A stretch of 64,000 nucleotides of DNA from Bacteroidales bacterium (GTDB taxonomy: Bacteria > Bacteroidota > Bacteroidia > Bacteroidales > UBA1402), in the NCBI GenBank assembly GCA_017446025.1, contig JAFSRR010000082.1:11027-75026 (forward strand), given 5' to 3'. Under the pieces are notes generated by a model. That model was not told the DNA's origin. It did no database searches and worked only from the letters and a program-made list of their open reading frames with translations. Shown one piece after another: positions 63,064-64,000 of the stretch. Within the stretch, counting starts at the first letter, position 1, and each line of letters opens with the position of its first letter. The position numbers were made by a program, and so were the translations under genes.

Positions 63064-64000
63064 TTATTCAGCACATTTTTCTGCAGCCTTGTCGCAGCCG
63101 GCTTCCTTGTCGCAGCCGACCTTGGCCTTTTCACAGCCGGCCTGGTCTTTGCAGCAATCCTCCTGCTTGTCACAGCAGGCCTTCTCGCAGCAGACACCGA
63201 ACTGATAGATGCAGACACTCTGGTAGGTCTCGCCCGGGCGCAGCACCACCGAAGGCCATTCAGGTTTGTTGGGGCTGTCGGGATAATGCTGGGTTTCCAG
63301 GCAGATGGCGGCGCGCTGGTTATAGACCACACCGTGCTTGCCGGTGAGAGAACCGTCCAGGAAGTTTCCCGTATAAACCTGAATGCCGGGTTCGTTGGTA
63401 TAGACCCTCATGGTACGACCCGATTCCGGATCGCAAATCATGCTGGCCAGACACTTGGGGCAATGCGTGTTGAGCACCCAGTTGTGGTCATAGCCGTTGC
63501 CGTTCTTGAGCTGCTCGAAATCATAGTCGTTGATGCGCTCCCCGATGCGGGTCGGACGGCGGAAATCCATCGGCGTGCCCTCGACGCAGGCAATGTCGCC
63601 CGTGGTCATGAAAGTGGCGTCCACGGGAGTATAGCCGTCAGCATTGACCATCAGTTTGTGATCCAGCACCGACTGGGCCTTGCCCGTCAGGTTGAAATAG
63701 GAATGATGCGTCAAATTGACGATGGTCGGCTTGTCGGTGACAGCCTCGTATTCGATGACGATGGCATTGCTGTCGGTGAGCGTGTAATTGGCCTTGGCCG
63801 TAAGTTGGCCGGGGAAACCCATTTCACCGTCGGCGGCAGTATAGGATACGGTCAGGTGCTGGTCGTCCTGCTGCTCGACGTCGAACATGCAGTACTGGAA
63901 GCCCTTCGCGCCACCGTGCAGGCTGTGGGCGCCGTCGTTGACCGAGAGCTGGTATTCCACGCCGTCGATGACAATCTTGCCCTCTTTGATGCGGTTGCCG
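63064..64000 (-). CDS. galM: Aldose 1-epimerase (GalM/AraM mutarotase), 5' end off the window, with a Cys-rich C-terminal tail
   Basis: GNRI, LHGG, NLTHHSYFNL, GYDHNW, QVYTGN, LETQHYPDSPN; frame is open to the window edge. Confidence 0.93.
   Translation of the reverse strand, partial: GNRIKEGKIVIDGVEYQLSVNDGAHSLHGGAKGFQYCMFDVEQQDDQHLTVSYTAADGEMGFPGQLTAKANYTLTDSNAIVIEYEAVTDKPTIVNLTHHSYFNLTGKAQSVLDHKLMVNADGYTPVDATFMTTGDIACVEGTPMDFRRPTRIGERINDYDFEQLKNGNGYDHNWVLNTHCPKCLASMICDPESGRTMRVYTNEPGIQVYTGNFLDGSLTGKHGVVYNQRAAICLETQHYPDSPNKPEWPSVVLRPGETYQSVCIYQFGVCCEKACCDKQEDCCKDQAGCEKAKVGCDKEAGCDKAAEKCAE

Overview
Chromosomal, GC-rich Bacteroidales (Bacteroidota) DNA. The assignment rests on a short Bacteroidota-type RpoD, many TAnnTTTG -7 promoters, A-rich translation starts, a T9SS type-B CTD protein and a TatAC-only pair. 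Most of the window is core housekeeping: ABC-F (partial), uvrA, rpoD, htrA/degP, rnpB, lemA, ribE, tRNA-His, folD, ffh, rseP-dxr-rimM-murA-tsaB-PBP1A, pyrBI-glyA, pgk, rpoZ-bamD, uvrB, yggS, rpiB, tatAC, panE and tkt. It ends in an L-arabinose operon (araM/galM partial, araP, araD, araA, araB). No prophage, CRISPR array or intact transposase was seen. The points most worth a second look are: (1) a four-gene glycan cassette (GT2, cobalamin-binding HpnJ-like radical SAM, GT2, Gnu-type lipid-linked epimerase) directly upstream of ffh; (2) a ~214-bp highly structured element with perfect 27-bp inverted repeats and a 9-bp flanking direct repeat, located where araR sits in the B. thetaiotaomicron ara operon; (3) a 10-Cys tail on the mutarotase; (4) a Tyr/Trp/His-rich plus Ser-rich secreted protein paired with a FadL-like barrel; (5) an orphan TIM-barrel gene with a repeat-bearing leader. 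All family assignments come from motif recognition by eye, not database searches.
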